From Nanopusillaceae archaeon (GTDB lineage Archaea; Nanobdellota; Nanobdellia; Nanobdellales; Nanobdellaceae), in NCBI GenBank assembly GCA_038833255.1, contig JAWBIX010000019.1, forward strand, positions 1 to 7,095: a stretch of 7,095 bases of DNA, given 5' to 3'. The position numbers and the translations under genes were made by a program. Of the stretch, positions 1-6,457 are shown one piece after another; within the stretch, counting starts at the first letter, position 1; each line of letters opens with the position of its first letter. The notes under the pieces are model-generated. The model worked only from the letters and a program-made list of their open reading frames with translations, searched no databases and was not told the DNA's origin.

Positions 1-268
1 TTAGTGTCATTATCATTGCTAAAGCAATATCATCTTCTAATGTAACATTTTCATAATATCTAATTCCTCCTTTGTATGGTCCTAAAAAATTATTGTGTTG
101 AACTCTGTATGCTTCAAAAACTTTTAAACCTTTAGATGTTTTTATTGGAATGTTTACATGCAAAATCCTTTGAGGTTTTAAAATTAACTCTTCAAAATCC
201 TTTGGATAATTATTTAATTCTATCCCTCTTCTATATGTTTTTATTACATTTTCTAACATCGAAACCAT
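1..268 (-). CDS. gdhA: Glutamate dehydrogenase (Glu/Leu/Phe/Val dehydrogenase family), N-terminal ~89 codons. The gene continues past the left window edge.
   Basis: I translated the reverse strand from the ATG at 268..266: [89 protein letters not shown]. The frame stays open to position 1. It contains the hallmark GDH N-terminal block RVQHN..GPyKGGIRy...v.l.e..ALA..MT, including the K-G-G catalytic-lysine region. It is not in the ORF track because there is no stop codon inside the window. Confidence 0.85.
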   Translation of the reverse strand, partial: MVSMLENVIKTYRRGIELNNYPKDFEELILKPQRILHVNIPIKTSKGLKVFEAYRVQHNNFLGPYKGGIRYYENVTLEDDIALAMIMTL

Positions 269-317
269 AAATATCAACTAAATATTTAACTTTTCTGGTT
301 TAAATACTTTTCTATAG

Positions 318-327
318 TTTATATTTA
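318..327 (+). promoter_or_regulatory. TATA-box-like element (TTTATATTTA) for the ATPase gene, inside the 82-bp divergent gdh/ATPase intergenic region (269..350).
   Basis: The sequence tttatattta is centred about 29 nt upstream of the ATG at 351. That spacing fits an archaeal TATA box driving a leaderless or very short-leader mRNA. No Shine-Dalgarno-like purine run lies before the ATG. AT-rich background makes chance matches easy. Confidence 0.3.
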
Positions 328-350
328 TTCCATAAATAACTCTATTATTT

Positions 351-1604
351 ATGGAGTATTATCCAAGAAAAATAGAGGAAAAATTGGAGAGATGGATAAA
401 TAGAGATGAATATATAATTATTAAGGGTCCTAGACAATCCGGAAAAACAACTCTTTTGCTCCACTTAAAAGAAATTCTTGAAAATAGTGAATACATAAGT
501 CTAGAGGATTTTGAATTAAGAGAGGCTTTTCAAAAAAATTTTAAAGAAGCATTAAAAAGATTTATTCCTAAAAACAGAGAGAAAAAAATATTGCTAATAG
601 ATGAAGCGCAATATGTTAAAGACATAGGAAGTAAATTAAAATATATCTATGATTTTTATAAAGATGTTTTAAAGGTTATAGTTACTGGTTCTGGTTCTTT
701 TGATATAAAAGTAGAAATAGGGAAACATTTAGTTGGAAGAGCTATATATTTGGAACTTTTGCCACTTAGCTTTGAAGAATTTATTTTATGGAAAGCAAAA
801 GATTTATACGAAATATTCAAAGATTATATAAATTCTATTTTTAACTTTATAGAAACTCAAAAGTTAGATGTAGAGCCTGTTTTTGAAAAAGAATTTTACA
901 ATTTGATGCAGGAATATATAATTTTTGGTTCTTATCCAGCTATAGTTAAAGAGAATGATGAAAAAATAAAAAAAGAGCTACTCGAAAATTTAATTAGAAT
1001 GTACATAGAAAGAGATATATTTTATTTTTTGGGAATTAGAAATATTGAAAAATTTAACAACCTTATGAAATTTTTGAGTTTCAATGTCGGAAATCTTCTT
1101 AATCTTTCATCAATATCTCAAGATTTAAGAATAGACTATAAAACATTAGAAAATTACTTAGAAACTCTTGTACAAACATATACAATTTCTTTACTTTCGC
1201 CTTTTTATAAAAATGTAGTTACTGAAATTAAAAAATCTAAGAAAGTTTATTTTTTGGATACTGGATTAAGAAATGTTTTGATTTCAGATTTTAGAGAATT
1301 GGAAAATAGAATTGATAATGGTAGATTATTAGAAAATTTTGTATATATTCAGCTAAGGAACTATTTTAATAAAATAAACTTTTGGAGAACTACAGGAAGC
1401 AATGAAATAGATTTCATAGTACAAAAAGATTATGAAATAATTCCAATAGAGGTTAAATTTAGAGAGAGTAAAATAAGCAAAGGTTTTGTTAACTTTTTAA
1501 AAGTTTATAAGCCAAAGGTTGCAATAGTTTTTACTCTTGGAAAATTTGGAATAACTGAAATAAATAAGACAAAAATTGCATTCGTTCCGCACTACTTTAT
1601 ATAA
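351..1604 (+). CDS. AAA_14 / DUF4143 family ATPase (COG1373-type ATP-binding protein with a C-terminal restriction-endonuclease-like module).
   Basis: This is a 417-aa ORF. Walker A is GPRQSGKTTLL (res 26-36) and Walker B is KILLIDEAQY (res 79-88). The central region is YIERDI...NIEKFNNLMKFLSFNVGNLLNLSSISQDL. The C-terminal block GRLLENFVYIQL...NEIDFIV....IPIEVKF matches the typical DUF4143 E.DF...iEvK signature. Confidence 0.9.
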   Translation: MEYYPRKIEEKLERWINRDEYIIIKGPRQSGKTTLLLHLKEILENSEYISLEDFELREAFQKNFKEALKRFIPKNREKKILLIDEAQYVKDIGSKLKYIYDFYKDVLKVIVTGSGSFDIKVEIGKHLVGRAIYLELLPLSFEEFILWKAKDLYEIFKDYINSIFNFIETQKLDVEPVFEKEFYNLMQEYIIFGSYPAIVKENDEKIKKELLENLIRMYIERDIFYFLGIRNIEKFNNLMKFLSFNVGNLLNLSSISQDLRIDYKTLENYLETLVQTYTISLLSPFYKNVVTEIKKSKKVYFLDTGLRNVLISDFRELENRIDNGRLLENFVYIQLRNYFNKINFWRTTGSNEIDFIVQKDYEIIPIEVKFRESKISKGFVNFLKVYKPKVAIVFTLGKFGITEINKTKIAFVPHYFI

Positions 1605-1669
1605 TCGCTAATATCATTACTTCTTAAGCTATTGAAATCTTCTGTTTGAATAAAGAACAAATACTTGAA

Positions 1670-1750
1670 GTAAACATTACTAAAATTAAACCATACTTAA
1701 ATTTTAGTCATGCCGAAATTTAACCATGGTTAAATTTTGGTAATGTTTAT
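1670..1750. promoter_or_regulatory. Nested palindromes in the 210-bp gap upstream of the orphan/MazF pair. There is a perfect 22-bp palindrome (1716..1737), a degenerate copy 33 bp upstream (1682..1705), and an outer 24-nt inverted repeat (1670..1693 versus 1727..1750).
   Basis: Hand-indexed. AAATTTAACCA|TGGTTAAATTT at 1716..1737 is self-complementary at 11/11 positions. AAAATTAAACCA|TACTTAAATTTT at 1682..1705 pairs at 9/12. The 20-mers 1686..1705 and 1719..1738 match at 17/20 and sit 33 bp apart. The arms 1670..1693 and 1727..1750 pair at 21/24 Watson-Crick plus 2 G:T. The region has no ORF longer than 17 codons. Confidence 0.45.
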
Positions 1751-1814
1751 TGTTAAAATTAAATATCTATAAAGAAAAATTAAGTTTTATTCTTCTGAAG
1801 AAATATATATTATT

Positions 1815-2408
1815 ATGATAATAGCAAGCAAAATACTAACTGATGTTTCTGCCCTTATACTTTCAAGAGAACTTCACGAAAAAAGAATAGAAAAAAGAGA
1901 ATATTTGGATAAATTAAACGAATTACTAGAAAAAATATTGAAAGAAGAGAATTTAATTCAATCTTTAGACAAATACTTACTTGAATATTTAACTATTTTA
2001 GTTTCTTTAGCTATGGAAGAAAATCTTTTAATAATAAACGTTTCAAAAGAAGATTTAGAAAAATATGAAGAATTTGTAAAAGATATACAAAATGAATTAG
2101 AAAAAAGAATTTTTGAAATCATATACTATTTTGATACATTTAGAATTTACGTAATAAAAAACAAAGGAGTATCTGGATTAATAGACTTATTGCAAAACAT
2201 AGATTTTATATTTCTTTCTATCAATGTATTAAAACTTTCATTATTATCGCTTCTTTACGAAAAAGATAAAGAAAAAGTATTGAAATACGAAAATTATATA
2301 AATGAAATGATAGAAGTGTGTAAAAAATTATTGTATGAGTTAGAGGATAGAATGGAAACAGAAGCTCTAATGAAACTTTCAGAAGAATATCTAAAAGAAT
2401 TTTTATAA
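1815..2408 (+). CDS. Hypothetical protein, 197 aa, predicted all-helical with an acidic C-terminus. By position it is a candidate non-canonical antitoxin or partner of the downstream MazF.
   Basis: ATG at 1815 and TAA at 2406..2408, only 7 nt before the MazF ATG at 2416. I recognise no family motif: no RHH, AbrB or HTH signature, and no HEPN Rx4-6H. Composition is E/K/L/I-rich with heptad-like stretches, and the C-terminal tail is YELEDRMETEALMKLSEEYLKEFL. Coding status rests on ORF length and the tight coupling to the next gene. Confidence 0.6.
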   Translation: MIIASKILTDVSALILSRELHEKRIEKREYLDKLNELLEKILKEENLIQSLDKYLLEYLTILVSLAMEENLLIINVSKEDLEKYEEFVKDIQNELEKRIFEIIYYFDTFRIYVIKNKGVSGLIDLLQNIDFIFLSINVLKLSLLSLLYEKDKEKVLKYENYINEMIEVCKKLLYELEDRMETEALMKLSEEYLKEFL

Positions 2409-2415
2409 CTTCAAA

Positions 2416-2757
2416 ATGGATAAAAACCTTAAAGGAAAAATTGTATTGATAGAATATCCTTATACAGATTTGTCTGGTAGCAAACTAAGACCGGCATTAG
2501 TTTTATATGATAGGGATTATGATGTAGTGCTTGCTTTTATTACTTCTAGGCTTTACATGTATAATGAAGAAACAGATGTGCTTATAAAAAGTGATAGCCC
2601 AGAATTTAAATCTACTGGCTTAGAAAAAGATTCTATAATTAAGCTAGATAAAATATTCACTATAAGCAAAGAAAAAATAAAGAAAATTATTGGAGAAGTT
2701 AGTGACAATCTGAAAAATGAAATAAACAGAAAACTACAAAAAATTTTAATGTTGTAG
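2416..2757 (+). CDS. mazF: Type II toxin-antitoxin system toxin, PemK/MazF family endoribonuclease.
   Basis: This is a 113-aa ORF. It follows the family pattern G.Ivl.eyPytd.sg.KlRPALVL......dvvlafITS.......d.li.......tGL.kdS.Ikldkiftisk..I.k.IGevs......i..kl. The size and the SH3-like barrel sequence pattern are typical of MazF/PemK/Kid. Confidence 0.85.
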   Translation: MDKNLKGKIVLIEYPYTDLSGSKLRPALVLYDRDYDVVLAFITSRLYMYNEETDVLIKSDSPEFKSTGLEKDSIIKLDKIFTISKEKIKKIIGEVSDNLKNEINRKLQKILML

Positions 2758-2761
2758 TTTG

Positions 2762-2784
2762 AAAAATCTATTTTTTAATTTTTT
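2762..2784. terminator. Oligo-T termination region shared by the convergent MazF (+) and histidine phosphatase (-) genes.
   Basis: The 33-bp convergent gap holds two T6 tracts on the + strand (2771..2776 and 2779..2784). A T5 tract read on the - strand is the complement of 2762..2766. Archaeal RNA polymerase terminates at oligo-T runs. No stem-loop is needed or seen. Confidence 0.4.
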
Positions 2785-2790
2785 AAATTA

Positions 2791-3372
2791 TTAAGCACGA
2801 ACAAACTTTATTTTCCTAAAATCAAGATTTTCTATTAAAAATCCTATTGATCCTTTTTCTAAAAAATCTTCATAATCCCAAACATATTTAATATCTTTTT
2901 TAGTAAAAATTGAATAAAAGCTTAAAATGTTAGTATAATGAGTTACAATTACTACATTTTTATATTTCAAATTTTTTAAATATTTTTCTATAAACTTTTT
3001 TGTTCTTTTGAAAACAGAAATTACGCTTTCTCCTAGAAAAGGTTTATATTCGCAATAATGCGAGTTTTTACTCTTAAATTCTAAAAACTTTTCTGCCTTT
3101 TCTCCAAAAAACTTATAAATACCTTCGTTTCTTTCTTTTAGCAAACTGGTTTTTATTATTTTTGTATTGAATTTGATAGAAATTGCTTTGGCTAAGAATA
3201 AGCATCTTTTAGTTGGAGAAGAAAAAATTATATCTATGTTTTTAAAATGCTTTCTTAACAATGAAAATATTCTAAAAATTTGCTCGTATGTTTCTTTTAA
3301 TGGTTTGTCTTTTCTTTTATCCCAAATTGGATGTCTAAGAATTATAATGTATGATGCCATAATATTTATCAT
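2791..3372 (-). CDS. Histidine phosphatase superfamily protein (phosphoglycerate-mutase-like / CobC-like phosphatase).
   Basis: The N-terminal catalytic motif is IIILRHP (RH present, with P where the usual RHG has G). Other family motifs are SSPTKRCLFLAKAI (SSP..R...TA-like), LLKERNEGIY..G, GESV and VVIVTHYTNI (the second catalytic His). The true start may be the second ATG at 3360 (MASYIIILRHP), which would place RH within about 10 residues of the N-terminus, as is usual for the family. Confidence 0.8.
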   Translation of the reverse strand: MINIMASYIIILRHPIWDKRKDKPLKETYEQIFRIFSLLRKHFKNIDIIFSSPTKRCLFLAKAISIKFNTKIIKTSLLKERNEGIYKFFGEKAEKFLEFKSKNSHYCEYKPFLGESVISVFKRTKKFIEKYLKNLKYKNVVIVTHYTNILSFYSIFTKKDIKYVWDYEDFLEKGSIGFLIENLDFRKIKFVRA

Positions 3373-3388
3373 TATTACTTCTTTAAGT

Positions 3389-3399
3389 TATTTTTAAAA
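3389..3399 (-). promoter_or_regulatory. TATA-like element (TTTTAAAAATA on the minus strand) upstream of the phosphatase gene.
   Basis: It lies in the 77-bp gap between the BpsA-like stop (3450) and the phosphatase ATG. It is centred about 22 nt from the ATG at 3372 and about 34 nt from the ATG at 3360. This suggests the phosphatase can be transcribed on its own. Confidence 0.3.
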
Positions 3400-3449
3400 C
3401 AAAAATTAAAATTTAAAGATAAAGGAAGTTACATTTTCATGTTTTTGTC

Positions 3450-4583
3450 TTACAAAAGTTCTACTATCATAAGATCAGACGAAAAAGCATAGCTACTTTT
3501 TAATAACTCTCTTAGATAACGTAACTCATCTTCATTAATTATTTGTCTTGGATCTTGGCGATGTTTGATAACAAATTTATTTCCTTTTTTTATTATCTGA
3601 GGTATAGGATGTAATATTGGGTATAAGTTAAACCCTTTATAGTACTTATGTATTACAAAACCGTTTTCGAAGAGTTTTCGCATATATTTATAATAATTTT
3701 CTGAATAGATGATAGGATTTAATGAGATATAACCTCTAATTCCAGCAATTTTTTTAATCATTTTTATTGCTGCGTCAAAAAAACATAAAAAGTCAGCATC
3801 AAATGAAAATATTTCCAATTTGTTTTTAAATCTTTTTGGAATTCTTGAGCATAGGTCAAAAACTTCTAGTTTGAAACTTTCATGATTACTAATAACTTTT
3901 TCTATCAAATATATTAGTTCTTCGTCTATATCAAAAACATATATCTTGTTTACTATTTTTGAAATTTTTTCAGTTGTTTCTTGCTTTTGTAGAACTTCAC
4001 TTTCAAGTTGAGAAATTAAAAGATAAAAACTAATGGATAGTAAATCATCATCTCCCAATATTCCTATAGTAGTGTCAAAAAGATATGAATTTGAATAGAT
4101 TATTTTTATTCTCTTTATAGAAGAAACATTAGTACAATAATGTTGTTCATATGCATGTTTCAGTTTGAAATTTCTAAAAAATTTATCTCTAATTTCAGAA
4201 AAATTACGAAGAATGTTTCTCCAGTTGATTACAGAAATTGATGGAAGAGGTAAAGAAAAATTAACTTGAATATCACTTGTTAAATTTTTACCTTCTTTTG
4301 AGAGTTTTATGAGATTGTTTTCTTCAAGAAACTTTAAAAATATAGAAAGAATTCGTGAAGGTATACAACTTTCCTTTAGAAGTTTTTTATAACTTTTGTA
4401 GTTGTAAACAATCCATAATAGGTTTTGAAATTTTAGAATAGAAGGAAAATATCTAAAGAGAAGATTTTTAACATCTCTTTTTGAGAGAATGCTATCTTTA
4501 TGAACTTCTAAAAATAAATTATAGGTGGTGGTTGAAGATAAAAAATTCTTATAAAGCCTTTCTATATCCCTTTTATATAGCAT
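3450..4583 (-). CDS. DUF43 / BpsA-like protein (branched-chain polyamine synthase family) with an N-terminal winged-helix-like region. It is a divergent member lacking the TDPP motif.
   Basis: This is a 377-aa ORF. It is collinear with my recollection of Thermococcus kodakarensis BpsA. YEQHYCT aligns with FDQAYVT. GILGDDDLLSISF (GDDD at nt 4044..4055) aligns with VLGDDDLTSVAL. IYVFDIDEELIYLIEKV aligns with IAVLDIDERLTKFIEKA. LEVFDLCSRIPKRF aligns with IFTFDLRKPLPDY. GYISLN aligns with GYFGIT. ENGFVIHKYYKGFNLY aligns with EFGVVITDIIRNFNEY. Residues 70-98 (IPSRILSIFLKFLEENNLIKLSKEGK) look like a wHTH recognition helix plus wing. Confidence 0.8.
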   Translation of the reverse strand: MLYKRDIERLYKNFLSSTTTYNLFLEVHKDSILSKRDVKNLLFRYFPSILKFQNLLWIVYNYKSYKKLLKESCIPSRILSIFLKFLEENNLIKLSKEGKNLTSDIQVNFSLPLPSISVINWRNILRNFSEIRDKFFRNFKLKHAYEQHYCTNVSSIKRIKIIYSNSYLFDTTIGILGDDDLLSISFYLLISQLESEVLQKQETTEKISKIVNKIYVFDIDEELIYLIEKVISNHESFKLEVFDLCSRIPKRFKNKLEIFSFDADFLCFFDAAIKMIKKIAGIRGYISLNPIIYSENYYKYMRKLFENGFVIHKYYKGFNLYPILHPIPQIIKKGNKFVIKHRQDPRQIINEDELRYLRELLKSSYAFSSDLMIVELL

Positions 4584-5521
4584 CCTAAGATTTCATATAT
4601 ATTTATTTTTTCATCTTCTGGGACTACGATTGAAGTATCATCACCAATTTCTACTTGTCTAACCTTTATTATTTCTGCATTTGGATTTATTTCTTTTAAT
4701 TCTTGCATTATTAGCTGTTCTTTTAGACTATTCTTAAATATATTTGCTTTATTTAAGAAAATTATATGTGAATTTCTGAGATTATATATTCCTGGATAAC
4801 TTATATAGTCCCAAGCTTCTCTTCCTAAATCAACGACAGTAATATATACATCTGGCTTTATTAGAGGCGGCTCTGTAGAACCTTTACATATTCCCCATAT
4901 TACTATTTCAGTTTTTGTATTGTTTAATGTAGTGTAATCAATTCCTACATATACTGGTATGTTTAATGATAGATATGGTTTAAATTCTGAAGATTCTATA
5001 ACAAATGGACTATTTTTTATATCTTCTTCGGTTTTTATTACTGAATGAGTAATAGAAGAATCAAATTTTCCATTAAATTCTGGATAAGTTGCAACTATTA
5101 ATGGAATATTCTTATTTTTAAAGTAAGTCGCATAAGTAAGAGTTACTGCAGATTTACCTGCTCCTTTAGTAGAGGTAGTAATAGCTATAACTGGTTTGTT
5201 TATTTTTTTCATCATTTTTTCATAGTTAGGGAATATTACTTCAAAATTTCCAAAAACCTTTACTATATCTTTTTGGGGAACATCGGCTAAAGAAAAAATT
5301 ATTCTTTCTATATTATCGCCTTTACTAATACTTGCTACTACTTCTGAGAAATCATTAAAAGTTCTTTCTATTCTAAAAGGTAGTTTATCCTTTATATTAT
5401 CAACGTTTCTATTTTTATTTCTTACTATCCATACTCTCCTTTCTTCTAGGCTGTTGTAGGAGGTATGAAAGATATATGCTCTTTCTAACTCTCCTATAAA
5501 GATTTCGTTTGATCTACTCAT
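4562..5521 (-). CDS. P-loop NTPase, SIMIBI-class, COG2403 / cyclic-2,3-diphosphoglycerate-synthetase-like. A short, divergent member of the family.
   Basis: This is a 319-aa ORF. The P-loop is KPVIAITTSTKGAGKSAVT (nt 5150..5176 encode TSTKGAGKS). Downstream blocks are collinear with the COG2403 consensus as I remember it. IPLIVATYPEFNGKF aligns with rvvvvRHPMPYGdl. VYVGIDYTTL aligns with vyaGVDYe.il. IVIWGICKGSTEPPLIKPDVYITVVD aligns with iilWDGGNNDfpf.kPDl.ivv.D. SYPGIYNLRNSHIIFLNKAN aligns with yyPGe.n.r.AD.vvINK. INPNAEIIK aligns with lNP.A.ii. Its TAG at 4562..4564 lies 22 nt inside the next gene. Confidence 0.65.
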   Translation of the reverse strand: MSRSNEIFIGELERAYIFHTSYNSLEERRVWIVRNKNRNVDNIKDKLPFRIERTFNDFSEVVASISKGDNIERIIFSLADVPQKDIVKVFGNFEVIFPNYEKMMKKINKPVIAITTSTKGAGKSAVTLTYATYFKNKNIPLIVATYPEFNGKFDSSITHSVIKTEEDIKNSPFVIESSEFKPYLSLNIPVYVGIDYTTLNNTKTEIVIWGICKGSTEPPLIKPDVYITVVDLGREAWDYISYPGIYNLRNSHIIFLNKANIFKNSLKEQLIMQELKEINPNAEIIKVRQVEIGDDTSIVVPEDEKINIYEILGCYIKGI

Positions 5522-5541
5522 AAATGATAAAAAACATTAAA

Positions 5542-5550
5542 GTATAAAAA
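5542..5550 (-). promoter_or_regulatory. TATA-like element (TTTTTATAC on the minus strand) about 25 nt upstream of the P-loop gene ATG.
   Basis: The 55-bp gap between the NTase stop (5577) and the ATG at 5521 reads, on the minus strand, ...gtaaaatttttatactttaatgttttttatcatttATG. The TATA-like core is centred about 25 nt from the ATG and there is no SD-like motif. This is consistent with a leaderless P-loop/BpsA-like bicistron. The evidence is weak because the background is AT-rich. Confidence 0.3.
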
Positions 5551-5576
5551 TTTTACTATTATTTTTTAATGAATTT

Positions 5577-6443
5577 TTAAATGTTGCATAAATTTAAGTT
5601 CGAAAAATAATAACTAGAAAAACATGTAAGATATTCTATAAGTCTTTTGTTAATTTTCGTATTTTCATATCCATATGATAACATCAAATTATATATTAGT
5701 TTTTCAAGAAAATTTTCAACTTCTCTTCTTGGATAGTTATCTCCTAATAAAAATTCTTTTTCAAATTTTTTAGATTGTTTAATTAAAACTAATTTAAGAA
5801 CTTTTTGAATAAATTTAATAATTCCTACATCATTTGATGAATAAACTCTATAAATAGGAATTTTTAGCAAAAATGAGTAAGACTTCTCAAGAATATAAGT
5901 ATCATAAAGATATTTTAGTATTTCTGAAGTTTTGTAGGGCTTAATAATCTCTCTTAACTCTGAAATAAATAAATCTTCTTTATTTATAACTTTTATTTTA
6001 TCTGTACAAGCAAAATCAAATTTATATCCAATTTTTTCTAAGAATGTATCGAATTTTGATAATGTTATATAGTTAATTCTTTTTGTTCCCAATTTAATTG
6101 ACAAATATGGGTAAATATACTCTTTATTTAATTTTTTGAGTTTTGAATAAATTAAGATATTATCATCCTCTAATCTAAATAAAAGTGGTGAAGTTTTTAG
6201 ATTTTCTTTTATAAGTTTTATTACATTTCTTTTATAATTGTTAATCTGTTCTTTCTCATCTACTTCAATATAAATATCAACATCTTTATTAAATCTTCTA
6301 TATTTTTTATCTACATAAGTATTAAAAGCAGTTCCACCAACAACTATAGCATTATATCCTCCTTCGTGAGATAAAATATAATAAACCGAATCAAAAAGTT
6401 TAAACAGTAATTTACCATATTCAATTTTCCAATTACTATCCAT
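5577..6443 (-). CDS. Nucleotidyltransferase-fold protein, AbiEii/DUF1814-like (Pol-beta superfamily minimal NTase).
   Basis: The NTase core is YNAIVVGGTAFNTYVDKKYRRFNKDVDIYIEVD. GG is at nt 6333..6338 and DVD at nt 6276..6284, giving the pattern hhGG.A.......R...DhDh seen in AbiEii-type toxins. The length (288-296 aa) and a C-terminal helical block EDLFISELREII......LKYLYDTYIL resemble the AbiEii motif-IV region (K..A...R....RDlyDl). The ORF track starts at the TTG at 6467. I prefer the ATG at 6443 (MDSNWKIEYG...) because a GAGGT Shine-Dalgarno-like motif sits 9 nt upstream of it. Confidence 0.6.
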   Translation of the reverse strand: MDSNWKIEYGKLLFKLFDSVYYILSHEGGYNAIVVGGTAFNTYVDKKYRRFNKDVDIYIEVDEKEQINNYKRNVIKLIKENLKTSPLLFRLEDDNILIYSKLKKLNKEYIYPYLSIKLGTKRINYITLSKFDTFLEKIGYKFDFACTDKIKVINKEDLFISELREIIKPYKTSEILKYLYDTYILEKSYSFLLKIPIYRVYSSNDVGIIKFIQKVLKLVLIKQSKKFEKEFLLGDNYPRREVENFLEKLIYNLMLSYGYENTKINKRLIEYLTCFSSYYFSNLNLCNI

Positions 6444-6452
6444 AAAAATATT

Positions 6453-6457
6453 ACCTC
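6453..6457 (-). promoter_or_regulatory. Shine-Dalgarno-like GAGGT, 9 nt upstream of the NTase ATG at 6443.
   Basis: The minus strand reads TAA(ArcTGT stop)agttttttgtcattcaGAGGTaatatttttATG. This suggests the NTase is translated from the same transcript as the ArcTGT gene rather than from its own leaderless mRNA. Confidence 0.35.

Noticed and set aside
1605-1814. Possible small protein gene, tRNA, or C/D-box sRNA in the 210-bp gap.
   Set aside because: The longest ORFs are 7-17 codons on either strand. There is no GC-rich stem region, which structural RNAs usually show in such AT-rich genomes. There is no RUGAUGA C-box, only an isolated CUGA at about 1796. Only the palindromes are reported.
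3167-3397. A 76-aa plus-strand ORF from the track.
   Set aside because: It lies almost entirely antisense to the well-supported histidine-phosphatase CDS (2791..3372). Its translation is low-complexity, hydrophobic and AT-codon driven with no motif. It is a typical shadow ORF in an AT-rich genome.
3430-3448. Mini hairpin ACAT-gaaa-ATGT (minus strand) just after the BpsA-like stop, plus a 7-bp inverted repeat acaaaaa/tttttgt (3399..3405 and 3442..3448).
   Set aside because: The stem is only 4 bp, and the 7-bp repeat encloses a 36-nt AT-rich loop. Both are expected by chance at this base composition, and no oligo-T tract follows on the transcribed strand.
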